Part shown: piece by piece, positions 35,467 to 45,001 of the stretch
Position numbering within the stretch: position 1 is the stretch's first letter
Layout of the letters: each line of letters opens with the position of its first letter
Origin: Catajapyx aquilonaris
Taxonomy: Eukaryota
NCBI GenBank assembly: GCA_000934665.2
Contig: JYFJ02003210.1
Span: forward strand, 1-45,001
Direction of reading: 5' to 3'
Length of the DNA: 45,001 bases
Made by a program: the position numbers and the translations under genes
Notes under the pieces: generated by a model
The model's input: only the letters and a program-made list of their open reading frames with translations
The model's database searches: none
Told to the model about the DNA's origin: nothing

Positions 35467-36221
35467 AGAGCGCGCTCTAGGCTCCGCGTCCCATTGTTGC
35501 GGGCAGCCCGTCGCGGCCCGGCTCGTGAGTTTGATGCTTCTTCCTCTCACTGTCACGGTCGCAAATATGGAGGTATCGGCATGAAACAGGAGTATCTGGA
35601 CACAAAAGAGTTGCACTTTGAAATGGTGCGTTTATTTTTCTCCTGGGGCGATATTTGCGGCCGCCGTGGCCAGGTACAGTTCTTTATTTTGACCCGCAAT
35701 CACTCCTTTCCATGTCGGGACCTGTGAGATTCGAGCCCATGACAAGTTTTTACGCCGAATTACCGTAAGTGTGTGAAAGGGCACGAGTGTGGCAGTCTTG
35801 GTTTGGCCAAACTTTGGGACGAAAAATACCCCCCTCCATGAACAATAAGAACTCGCACGAAGAACTGGCAGAACTGGCGAATGATCTGGCAGCGCCGCGC
35901 TGACTGCCAGTTCCGTAACCACTGTGACTGAGATAAGGTAGAGCGCTAAGCACTTACACTTACGGTAATTCGGCGTAAAAACTTGTCATGGGCTCGAATC
36001 TCACAGATACCGACATGGAAAGGAGTGATTGCGGGTCAAAATAAAAAACTGTACCTGGCCGCGGCGGCCGCAAATATCGCCCCAGGAGAAAAATAAGCGC
36101 ACCGCCTCAAAGTGCAACTCTTTCGCGTCCAGATACTCCAGTTTCATGCCGATACCTCCACATTTGCCGGGCAGCGACTGGCTCCCCGCAACAACGGGAC
36201 GCGGAGCCTAGAGTGCACTCT
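35467..36221. mobile_element. PIF/Harbinger-like long-palindrome MITE, copy A
   Basis: agagcgcgctctaggctccgcg ... cgcggagcctagagtgcactct|TAA; arms of about 270-300 bp. Confidence 0.8.
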
Positions 36222-36789
36222 TAATGTCCCAATAATGACTCCAAACATATCAGCATTAAGGAGAAAGGACGAATAGACAATTTATCCTAAAATGGCAAGA
36301 AGGTACGTCTCAAGGTGTCATCACCCATTGCATGTTTTGGTGAAACAGCAGATGTGTACATGGAACAGTCTGCCTGTGTGAGAAAGTGGTCCCAGCGACT
36401 ATCCAAAAGCAGCGTAAGGAGAAAGGGCGAATATCCACAGGCATGCGACAAGGGTTATTCACTCATATTTTTTGAATACACAGACTACCCTTGGTGAACA
36501 ACTCCTGGTCCATGGTCTTTCCGGAGGATTTACATTACTAGCCTGATGAACTTGGCAACGCCGTACTTTATCGATACACAGCTGGGACCAATATCCATTT
36601 AATTTATTACACTTAACCCTCTCTCTGCCACTAGATTTGATGGTTTCTTAAATTGCAATTAGGGGGTGGGTGTCCTCCTTGAGCCTTATTTCCCCACGAA
36701 ATATTGCTTAGAATCCAATCAATTTGCTAAATTCCCAAAATTGAGCTAGTCTTCATACAACCTCTATCGTTGTGCACTAAGCCAGAATT

Positions 36790-38208
36790 GACCAATTTCC
36801 AGTTGCACGCCTCTCGCAGCCAATTTTGGCCTGCCATCAAAATGGCGGTGTTAGCTGTGCAGAGGCGGGACTTTCCTATCCCTGCCCATGTTAAATGGCC
36901 TCTGCTTGCTCGCATCTCGGGGTCTGGCCCCAGGGCAGATCTTGTTGACATCTTTTTTTGTGGAGTGAGGAGGTTCCTGGCCTGCCCTCACCAGGTTTCA
37001 GAAGTTAATTGGCCCCCGGGCGGACTGCCCCCGGAGTGATTTTGTGAATGGTGATCGCGCTTTTCTCATTGCTGTCCGGGCTCCGATTGTCCGCGTCTGG
37101 GGGTCAGGCCCCGGGGCAGATCTTGTTGACATATTTTTTTGTGGAGTGAGTATGTTCCTGGCCTGCCCTCACCAGGTTCGAAAAGTTAATTGGCACCCGG
37201 GCGGACTGCCGCCGGAGTGAATTTGTGAGTGCGAGTTTCTTATTACTAATATCCGGTCTCTTTATTGTCCACGTCTGATGGTTTGGTCCCGGGGCAGATC
37301 TTGCTGGTTACTTTGTTTTGGAGTGAACATAGACCGGACTTTACCAGGTGCCTGAAGTGAATCAGCCCCGAGGCGAAGTGCCCCCGGACCCGGAGTGATT
37401 TTGTTATAGTGACAGCACTTTTCTCATTATTATCTGGGCTCCGATTATCCGCATCTGGTGGTTTGGCCCTGTGGTAGATCTTGCTGAGCATTTTTTTGAA
37501 TGGTTCCACTAATTTCATAAATTACAGTGTCACATTACACTCCCAGCATAACAGAACTGTTGCAAAAATATGCACGTATACGGTACAATCTTATCGCAAA
37601 CATTCATTAGAACAAATGACAGATTTTTTTTAAATGAGCAAGCTACAAACTTACACAAACATAGTCAAAAGGGTTCATCCTCAGCAAGATCTGCCCCGGG
37701 GCCAAACTGCCAGACGCAAACAATCGGAGCCCAGATATACGTAATAATGAGAAAAGCGCGGTCACCTCTATGAAACAAAATCACTCCGGGTCCGGGGGCA
37801 CTTCGCCTCGGGGCCGATTCACTTCACGCACCTGGTAAGGGAAGGTCCGGTCTCTGGTCACTAAAAAAAACCCAGCAAGATCTGCCCCGGGGCCAAACCA
37901 TCAGACGCGGACAATAAAGAGACCGGATATTAGTAATGAGAAACTCGCACTCACAAAATCACTCCGGCGGCAGTCCGCCCGGGGGCCAATTAACTTTTGG
38001 AACCTGGTGAGGGCAGGCCAGGAACATACTCACTCCACAAAAAAATATGTCAACAAGATCTGCCCCGGGGCCTGACCCCCAGACGCGAGCAAGCAGAGGC
38101 CACTTAACATGGGCAGGGATAGGAAAGTCCCACCTCTGCACAGCTAACGCCGCCATTTTGATGGCAGGCCAAATTTGGCCGCGAGAGGCGTGCAACTGGA
38201 AATTGGTC
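36790..38208. mobile_element. Foldback-type element with AATT TSD (Sola1-like), arms of ~180-bp tandem repeats
   Basis: AATT|gaccaatttccagttgcacgcctctcgc ... gcgagaggcgtgcaactggaaattggtc|AATT. The empty site gccagaattgggtg is at 40351-40364. Arms ~36790-37500 and ~37683-38208 contain repeated ggccccggggcagatcttg units. Confidence 0.88.
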
Positions 38209-38296
38209 AATTGGGTGCTGATCCAAGCTGCAAATTAGATACTACCACTGAGTCAAACAGTGATGCAGGTGGCATCCATTTGGCAAAGTTTATTGA

Positions 38297-38386
38297 GAGG
38301 AAGCTCAGGCAATATCATGGGAACGATGGTTTATCTTCATCGTTATGAACTCAAAGCGAGCTGAGTAGTCTCATCATTGCCTCCTC
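38297..38386 (-). ncRNA. SNORD29: Box C/D snoRNA U29 homologue, copy 2
   Basis: gaggaggca-ATGATGA-gactACTCAGCTCGCt-TTGA..CGATGA..cgttccc..attgc-CTGA-gcttcctc. Confidence 0.75.
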
Positions 38387-38894
38387 TTTCGCTGACAACC
38401 GCCCTTTCTGATTGGGCCCACCAGTGCAACAAAGCCTGCGAAACTGACCTGATGAATGCCAGCCCTGCCAGGAGCGTTGTCTGCCCAGGGCCCGGCGCAC
38501 TGAGATTCCCAATGCACCTGCAGCAGGGTCCAAGTGCCAAACCCCATGCTCCTCACCCTGCATCCTCCCTGCCGTATTTCCTGTAATATTAAGAGAACAG
38601 CGCCATGCATATTCAGAGGCGTGGAATGCCAGCGGATGGGTCTGGCTGGGCCTAGATATGGCCGGATCCTCGTGGCCTGCACACAGTTCCCTCTCTCACC
38701 TTCTCGTCTCCTTTTGCGGTCCCCGGCTTGGGTTGGATGCTGGGGAAGGTGCCTGCCCCCAGTCCTTTCCCCGTGGCTTGACCCCGCTGACCAACCCCTG
38801 GGCTTGAGAGCGCTGGACTCGGGTGGATCACTTGGGACACTTCCGCACTCTTCGCCAGACCACTGCGGAAAAGGATGAAGAGGGTGGCTCGTTC

Positions 38895-38942
38895 GTCACA
38901 AGGGATATGCCAGGGATAACTTATTTTCAGCATCATGGGCAG
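38895..38942 (-). pseudogene. Truncated snR38/SNORD1 copy at the duplication junction
   Basis: C box and AGTTATCCCTG guide retained; the D-box end is replaced by junction sequence. Confidence 0.65.
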
Positions 38943-39161
38943 ACTTCCAGAAGTAAAGCAAAGTCCATGCATATCGCAAATTTGGCCTCACCTGACTCTG
39001 AAACGGTCCTCTTGTTCAGCTGACCCAAGGTGAAGCTCCAGGTGCTCTTCCTGCCAATAAAAAATGCAATGTTGTAGAAATGTAATTACTTCACAGCACC
39101 TCGGCTCATCCCATATGTACAATAACTGGCTTCAGAAGATTTGCAATCTATATTTGTTTAA

Positions 39162-39832
39162 AGAGTGCGCTCTAGGCTCCGCGTCCCATTGTTGCGGGGA
39201 GCCCGTCGCGGCCCGGCCCGTGAGTTTGACACTTCTTCCTCTCACTGTCACGGTCGCAAATATGGAGGTATCGGCATGAAACTTGAGTATCTGGACACAA
39301 AAGAGTTGCACTTTGAGATGGTGCGTTTATTTTTCTCCTGGGGCGATATTTGCGGCTGCCGCGGCCAGAAACAGTTTTTTATTTTGACCTGCAATCACTC
39401 CTTTCCATGTCGGTACCTGTGAGATTCGAGCCCATGACAAGGTGTTTACGCCGAATTACCGTGTGTGAAAGGGCACGAGTGTGGCAGTCTTGGTTTGGCC
39501 AAACTTTGGGATCAAAAATACCCCCCTCCATGAACAATAAGAGGCGTAAAAACCTCCTCATGGGCTCGAATCTCACAGGTACTGACATGGAAAGGAGTGA
39601 TTGCGGGTCAAAATAAAAAAAACTGTACCTGGCCTCGGCGGCCGCAAATATCGCCCCAGGAGAAAAATAAACGCACCATCTCAAAGTGCAACTCTTTTGA
39701 GTCCAGATACTCCAGTTTCATGCCGATACCTCCATATTTGCGGCCTTGACAGCAAGAGGAAGCGTCAAACTCACGGGCCGGCCCGCGACGGGCTCCCTGC
39801 AACAATGGGACGCGGAGCCTCGAGCGCGCTCT
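39162..39832. mobile_element. PIF/Harbinger-like long-palindrome MITE, copy B
   Basis: TAA|agagtgcgctctaggctccgcg ... cgcggagcctcgagcgcgctct|TAA. Confidence 0.82.
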
Positions 39833-39861
39833 TAATGTCCCAATAATGACTCAACATATCA

Positions 39862-39940
39862 GCATTCAGGAGAAAGGACGAATAGACAATTTGTCATAAA
39901 ATGGCGAAAAGGCATGTCTCAAGGTGTCATCACCCATTGC
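39862..39940 (-). ncRNA. Candidate box C/D snoRNA
   Basis: GTGATGA..ATGA..CTGA about 67 nt apart, with a weak stem. The paralogue at ~36253-36330 has CTTA in place of the D box. No target recognised. Confidence 0.35.
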
Positions 39941-40447
39941 ATGTTTTGGTGAAACAGCAGATGTGTACATGGAACAGTCTGCCTGTGTGAGAAAGTGGTC
40001 CCAGCGACTATCCAAAAGCAGCGTAAGGAGAAAGGGCGAATATCCACAGGCATGCGACACAGACTACCCTTGGTGAACAACAACTGGTCCATGGTGTCTT
40101 TCCGGAGGATTTACATTACTAGCCTCATGAACTTGGCAACGCCGTACTTGATCGATACCAATATCCATTTAATTTATTACACTTAACCCTCTCTCTGCCA
40201 CTAGGTTTGACGGTTTCTTAAATTGCAATTAGGGGGTGGGAGGTGTCCTCCTTGAGCCTTATTTCCCCACGAAACATTGCTTAGAATCCAATCAAATTGC
40301 TAAACCCCCAAAATGGAGCTAGTCATTCAACCTCCATCGTTGTGCACTAAGCCAGAATTGGGTGCTGATCCAAGCCGCAAATTAGATACTACCATTGAGT
40401 CAAGGAGTGATGCAAGTGGCATCCATTTGGAAGGGTTTATTGAGAGG

Positions 40448-40534
40448 AAGCTCAGGCAATATATCAATGGTGGAAGATAGTATCTCGTCATCGTTTTGAA
40501 CTCAAATATTGGCGGACTAGTCTCATCATTGCTT
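40448..40534 (-). ncRNA. U29-scaffold box C/D snoRNA with a replaced guide, copy 3
   Basis: aagca-ATGATGA-gactAGTCCGCCAATAt-TTGA..CGATGA..attgc-CTGA-gctt. Boxes and spacing are as in copy 2, but the guide differs. Confidence 0.7.
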
Positions 40535-40987
40535 TGGCTGCAGCTGACCCCCCGCCCTTCCTGATTGTGCCCACCTCCAGTGCAAACGAAGCCTGCGAAA
40601 CTGACCTGACGAGGAGCGTTGTCTGCCCAGCAGTCCCCCGCGTGCATCTCCAGCAGGGTCTAAGTGGCAAACCCCACGCTCCTCCTCACCCTGCATCCCG
40701 GCGTATTCCTGCAACAGAACAGCGCCATGCATAGACTGGAAGAGGTGTGGGACGCCAGCCAGCCAGCGGATGGGTCTGTCTGGGCCTAGATATGGCCGGA
40801 TCCTCGTGGCCTGCATGCCCGCAGTTCCCCCCACTCACCTTCTCTCGTCTCCCTCCCTTTGCGGTCCTCCCCGGCTTGGTTTGGATGCTGGGGAAAGGTG
40901 CCTGCCTGCCCCCAGTCCGTGGCTTGACCCCACTGGGCCTGAGCCACGCTTGACTCCCAGGGTGGATCACTTGCGACACATCCTCAC

Positions 40988-41105
40988 CCTTCGCCAGACC
41001 ACGCCGGAAAGAAAGAATAAAGGAAAAGGAAAGGCGAAAAGGGGCGGACGGAAGGTGGGTGGAGGAGGAGGGGCATCATCCGGTCCAATACTATCGATAC
41101 ATCGA
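40988..41105 (-). promoter_or_regulatory. Putative TCT/TOP promoter and first exon of the snoRNA host gene
   Basis: Minus strand ttCTTTCTTTCCggcg then donor agg|gtgagg; GC box ggggcgg at 41041; DRE TATCGATA at 41092-41099. Confidence 0.6.
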
Positions 41106-41904
41106 TCCCACATATCGGGCACGATGATCTCATCCTCTCTCCACAACAGCCCCATCCATCACCAAGCTCTTCCCAATGGTGGTGATGATAATGTCCTATT
41201 CCACAGCTGCAGCTCTATCAAGGCATCATCTCCACTCTCCAGCAGGAGGGACAACAAGCGGCCCCTGACCGGCGTGGCCCGTGTGCCTCCAAGCATATCG
41301 ACACTCATTGTTGAGTATCGATGTTTGTTCCTACAACGTTGCCACATTTTCAGGTGTTCAGTAGTTGGATGCAAACAAGATTGCATTTCAAATGCAGAGT
41401 CTGAAGAAATAACTGAAGAGATGCTGCTGTGCGGTGTGGACTCTGGTGTGTGGTGGATGCACCAGTGAGTATATAACATGCACTTGATAATCCAGACCAG
41501 GGCCCGGGTGCAACAACTCATCAGATAGTGAGATAGGGGGAATTATTCCGCGTTTATGGTTGGTACTATAGTTTCACCAAAACGAAGAGGCGCTGCGAGT
41601 ACGATACCTAGACGAAGCGGATGTAATAAATGAACACATAATTAGGATTTAATACAATGCATTACGTAGTAAAGTTATGCGAAAACCTAATAAAATATTT
41701 AAATTTGTAAACTGTTAGCGTAGTTCATAAGATACCCATGACGCCACAAGACACCTGTCACATCTGCCTGCCACTTTCAAATTTTGGTCAAATTTCATCT
41801 TGGAAATATGCCAGAAACCAGTATAGTTGGATCCACAGGGTTTCAACGGATCTTTGAAGAAAGGAACCTGCACAGCAGTCTCTTTCTTCAACAGAAGAAT
41901 AATC

Positions 41905-44049
41905 ATGCCCAAAAAGATCCCATCTAGGCACGTTTGCTATCTGAAAGGATGCAAAAACAACGACGCTACGGAGTGCACTTCAGCCAGGCTGTTCTACTTC
42001 CCAAGAAGTCAAGAAGTGTAAGTAATTTTTGAAACTCATAGAAGTCGTTGCTGGTCCTTGAGTTATTGCAATTTTATCCGGGTCGGCCCATTTAAAAAAA
42101 AAAAAAATACATTGTTGTATCCACCCACAGCCGTCTGTGGGCCAAGTTTCAGCTCTTTGTAGGTGACCTGGAAGTTCGGTACATAGCCCGGACATAATGG
42201 AAAAAAAAATCCTTTATACTTGCCCAGTATAGTTCGCCCTCCCCAAAAAAGTGAAGTGGTGGCGGGGGTAATAAACAAAATGTGACCACAAATTTCCATT
42301 ATGATTATCTGGACTTTAGAATGGATAATTATTGAATAGTAACATGGGAGTTAAGGGGATACAAAAGTTGAAGTTGATTTGACAGTTAACAACTGAAATA
42401 AATATGATTACACATTGGACAGTGAATTTCCGTAGGGTCAGGTAAAAATTGCTTCCATTACGTTTATGATACTTAGCAGCAGGATATCAATTTTATAATG
42501 AACCCCAGGGTCCACACAAATCTGAAGGCAGCATTAAAATTAATTACAAAAAAATCAACCACGGAAAAAGTCCGCGAGACATCCCTTTTTTAAATTCCGT
42601 AGTATATTTTTGTAATTAATTTTAATGCTGCCTTCTGATTTGTGTGGCCCCTGGAGTCCATCCTTAAAATTGATATGCTGCTAAGGAACATATAAACGTA
42701 GTGGAAGCAATTTTTACCGGACCCTACGGAAATTCACTCCCCAAGGTGTAATCCTATTTATTTCAGTTCTTAACTGTCAAATCAACTTCAAGTCTTGTGT
42801 CCACCTAACTCCCATGTTACGATTCATAATATTCTAAAGTCCAGATAATCATAATGATGATTTTTTATCACATTTTGTTTATTACCACACCACACCATTT
42901 TTTTGGGGGTGCGCGAACAACACTGGGGGTGGTGCAACCATTACATATGCTATGTAGGTGCAACCAACCCAGGGGTAGTGTTTGTTTAATGTGAATAATG
43001 TTCTTAATTGCTATTTCCAAGTAAATTTTCAGTGACAGCATCAGTCAAATGTGAAGTCATTATTAATGATTCACACTTAATGACAATCAGGAATCACTTA
43101 ACTTTGGTGAGACATGTACATTCCAGTTGAGCTGTACTACCTATCAGCACCTTTTTGTAATATATGACTAATGACTTTATGAAATTATTTTAATACTGAT
43201 GTAATTCTGAATAATGAACAGATAATAATTTAATGCTTAATTGCAATGAGTTTTTAATTACTTCTTTACCATTAACTACTGTTGATAACGTAACCATTAG
43301 TAACCAGAAATATACACCCAGTGTTTTTATTATTCAAAGTGATTATTTCAGTGTATAGTGTGCCTGCTGAGCTTAAATTGTCTGAGGTAAACAACTCCGC
43401 TACTAACAACTAGTGATACTGTCTTATTGTCAGCTACTTCATCATTGCGCATTTTTATTGCAGATTCTCACAGTGGCTGGCCTTTTGTGGCAACCCCACT
43501 CTCCATACTTCCCCTGAATCATTCAGGACTACACGCTTGATCTGCGGAGAGCATTTTGAAAAAAAATGCTTCACCAACAGCAAGGAGGACCAGCTGGTCC
43601 GAGGATCTATTCCTACTCTCCTGCCACAACCATGTCTGCAGGTGGATCCTCATCAGCTGGAGGCATATCAGGACCAAGGTCCATGCAGCAGCCGCAGCAC
43701 AACCCATCACAGTCCATCCAGCAGCACCGGCATGGAAGTCCTCCACGCCCAAGGTCCACCCAGCAGCAGCACAAGCCCAGCAATGGCTGATCCCATCAAC
43801 CTCCGGGCCTCTCCTAGTAGCTATGAGTCCATCTGCTCTCCTCCACATTCAGAGTCTGCATCAGCCCATCCAGAAACGCCTAAATCCAAATCACGCAGTA
43901 ATGTTGTGAGTTTGTCCCACCTGAAGATGACTCGCCTGTCCCAGTTCTGCAGCCCAACCACCAGGAGACTCTATCAAGAGGTCAAGAAGAAGGAGAAGGT
44001 ACTGCGGCAGGTGAAGAAGACATGTTTAGGCATGTTATATACTCTGTGA
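41905..44049 (+). CDS. THAP-domain protein (host gene or P-element-derived), possibly with further exons
   Basis: Exons 41905-42017 and 43464-44049 join in phase: C-YLKG-C..LFYFP..QWL..IC-GE-HF..SIPTL is the THAP C2CH signature. A further open exon-like segment lies at 44449-44602. Confidence 0.8.
42223..42927. mobile_element. ~700-bp palindromic MITE in the THAP gene intron
   Basis: Diverged ~340-bp inverted arms (cattatgattatctggactttagaat / attctaaagtccagataatcataatg; gaatttccgtagggtc / gaccctacggaaattc). Confidence 0.8.
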
Positions 44050-45001
44050 TCCAGACACTCGCTGCGCTCACCCCCTTCGCACCACAAAAAAAAAACCTTT
44101 TTAAAAAAAAAATCTGTGCAGTGTACTATCACCTGGTGAAGTCCCATTAGTCCTAACGTTCATAATGAGCCATCAGCTAGCCAGGATTTTCTGTCCACAC
44201 CTATTTTATTTCGTTCCTGGAAATGTACAATGACACCAAATTCCATTTTGACAGTGACAATCCATTCCAGACAATATTCAGGTCACCTTCAGCTAAGTCA
44301 GGCGTTTTTGGACTTGGTCAGTTTCGCCTGTATACCGATGATAATTATATTGCTTATAACTTTTGGCATTCAAAAGTGTGTCAGTGCTGGAAGAAATATT
44401 TGCAGTTTCTTTTTGTACCTCATGTGACGACATCATGCAATTTTTCAGAACCCACCCGAAGAAGTCACCGCAGCCCTCTCCGTGATTTTCCATCGGTTGC
44501 AGGAAAGCAAAGATTTTTGCGGGCCTGAGCTGGTTGCTCTGGGTAAAGCTATGGAAATGTTGCCGACACCAGAAGCAATGAAGTCTGGTTTGCATATCTT
44601 TGGTAAGGATGATGTTACATTATTGGAATTAACAATACACAAGATTTGAATTTACTATAACATCATAAGATAAAACCTTAAGGGATAACTTTAAAGCATC
44701 TGTTAAGATATTAGACTACTTCAACAATGTGTTTTGCATCACTTTCCAAATTAAATCGATCAAAATAATACATTCGTAACTTGACAGCTCCACAATGCCC
44801 AGAATATATTTCATGAGGCACTTTGTCTTCTGACTCCTCTTTAACCTGCATTTTGGTGGAATACAGTACAGTTTTCCCAATTCCATAAGTGACTATGGGT
44901 TGAGGCAAGAGCTAATAACTGAGAGCCTCCGAGTGCCCTATCCCTGCCGTATTGCTTGGTTCCCGAACCTCTCCGCGGAACTGGCGACTCCCCAGACGGG
45001 C

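Larger units (their letters stand above)
34983..41010. repeat. Tandem segmental duplication (copy A ~34983-38880, copy B ~38895-41010)
   Basis: Colinear, closely similar blocks beginning gtcacaagggatatgccaggg and ending ttcgccagacca..cggaaa. Copy A carries two extra insertions. Confidence 0.9.
31630..41015 (-). ncRNA. Non-coding multi-exon snoRNA host gene (Uhg1/SNHG1-like), 5' part tandemly duplicated
   Basis: Short GT-AG-bounded exons (e.g. 35139-35081, 34882-34792, 34500-34437, 34218-34179, 33837-33761) with no evident coherent ORF. Several introns each hold one C/D snoRNA ~70-90 nt upstream of the acceptor. Pyrimidine start at ~41013, donor at 40988/40987, AATAAA at ~31658. Ends are inferred. 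Confidence 0.7.

Noticed and set aside
36380..36580. Host-gene start at ccctttctcc (~36425) with a DRE at 36569
   Set aside because: No good donor follows and the DRE is mutated in the duplicate; the 41.0-kb site fits better, though this one is not excluded
36706..36758. Additional U29-like snoRNA (ATGAAGA-ctagctca..CTAA)
   Set aside because: Both boxes are degenerate and not kept in the duplicate; at most a relic
35363..41521. Many short ORFs, including the 232-aa ORF at 40770-41468
   Set aside because: They lie in MITE arms, duplicated GC-rich sequence or the promoter; paralogues differ by frameshifts and no domains are recognisable

Overview
Animal genomic DNA, probably arthropod (from the RpL9 sequence, DRE motifs and short GT-AG introns), with a compact gene block embedded in many non-autonomous DNA transposons. 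Protein genes, in order: a C2H2 zinc-finger gene (-); SLX4/mus312 (-), which has an 89-aa transmembrane ORF immediately upstream and an SPKK-repeat tail; LRRC56 (+); RpL9 (-); cytochrome c1 (-); an unnamed winged-helix-like ORF (+); and a THAP-domain gene (+). The main feature absent from the ORF track is an apparently non-coding, multi-exon snoRNA host gene on the minus strand (~31.6-41.0 kb), resembling Drosophila Uhg1 and human SNHG1. Its introns carry box C/D snoRNAs that I recognise by their rRNA guides (U27, U29, U31, snR38/SNORD1), plus a duplicated snoRNA whose target I cannot identify. Its 5' part is tandemly duplicated, and one U29 paralogue has a replaced guide. Mobile DNA includes two foldback-type elements with tandem-repeat arms, a deleted mariner, a decayed P-like transposase, a V-domain-like tRNA SINE and several MITEs. 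All homology calls are by eye and from memory; no searches were run.
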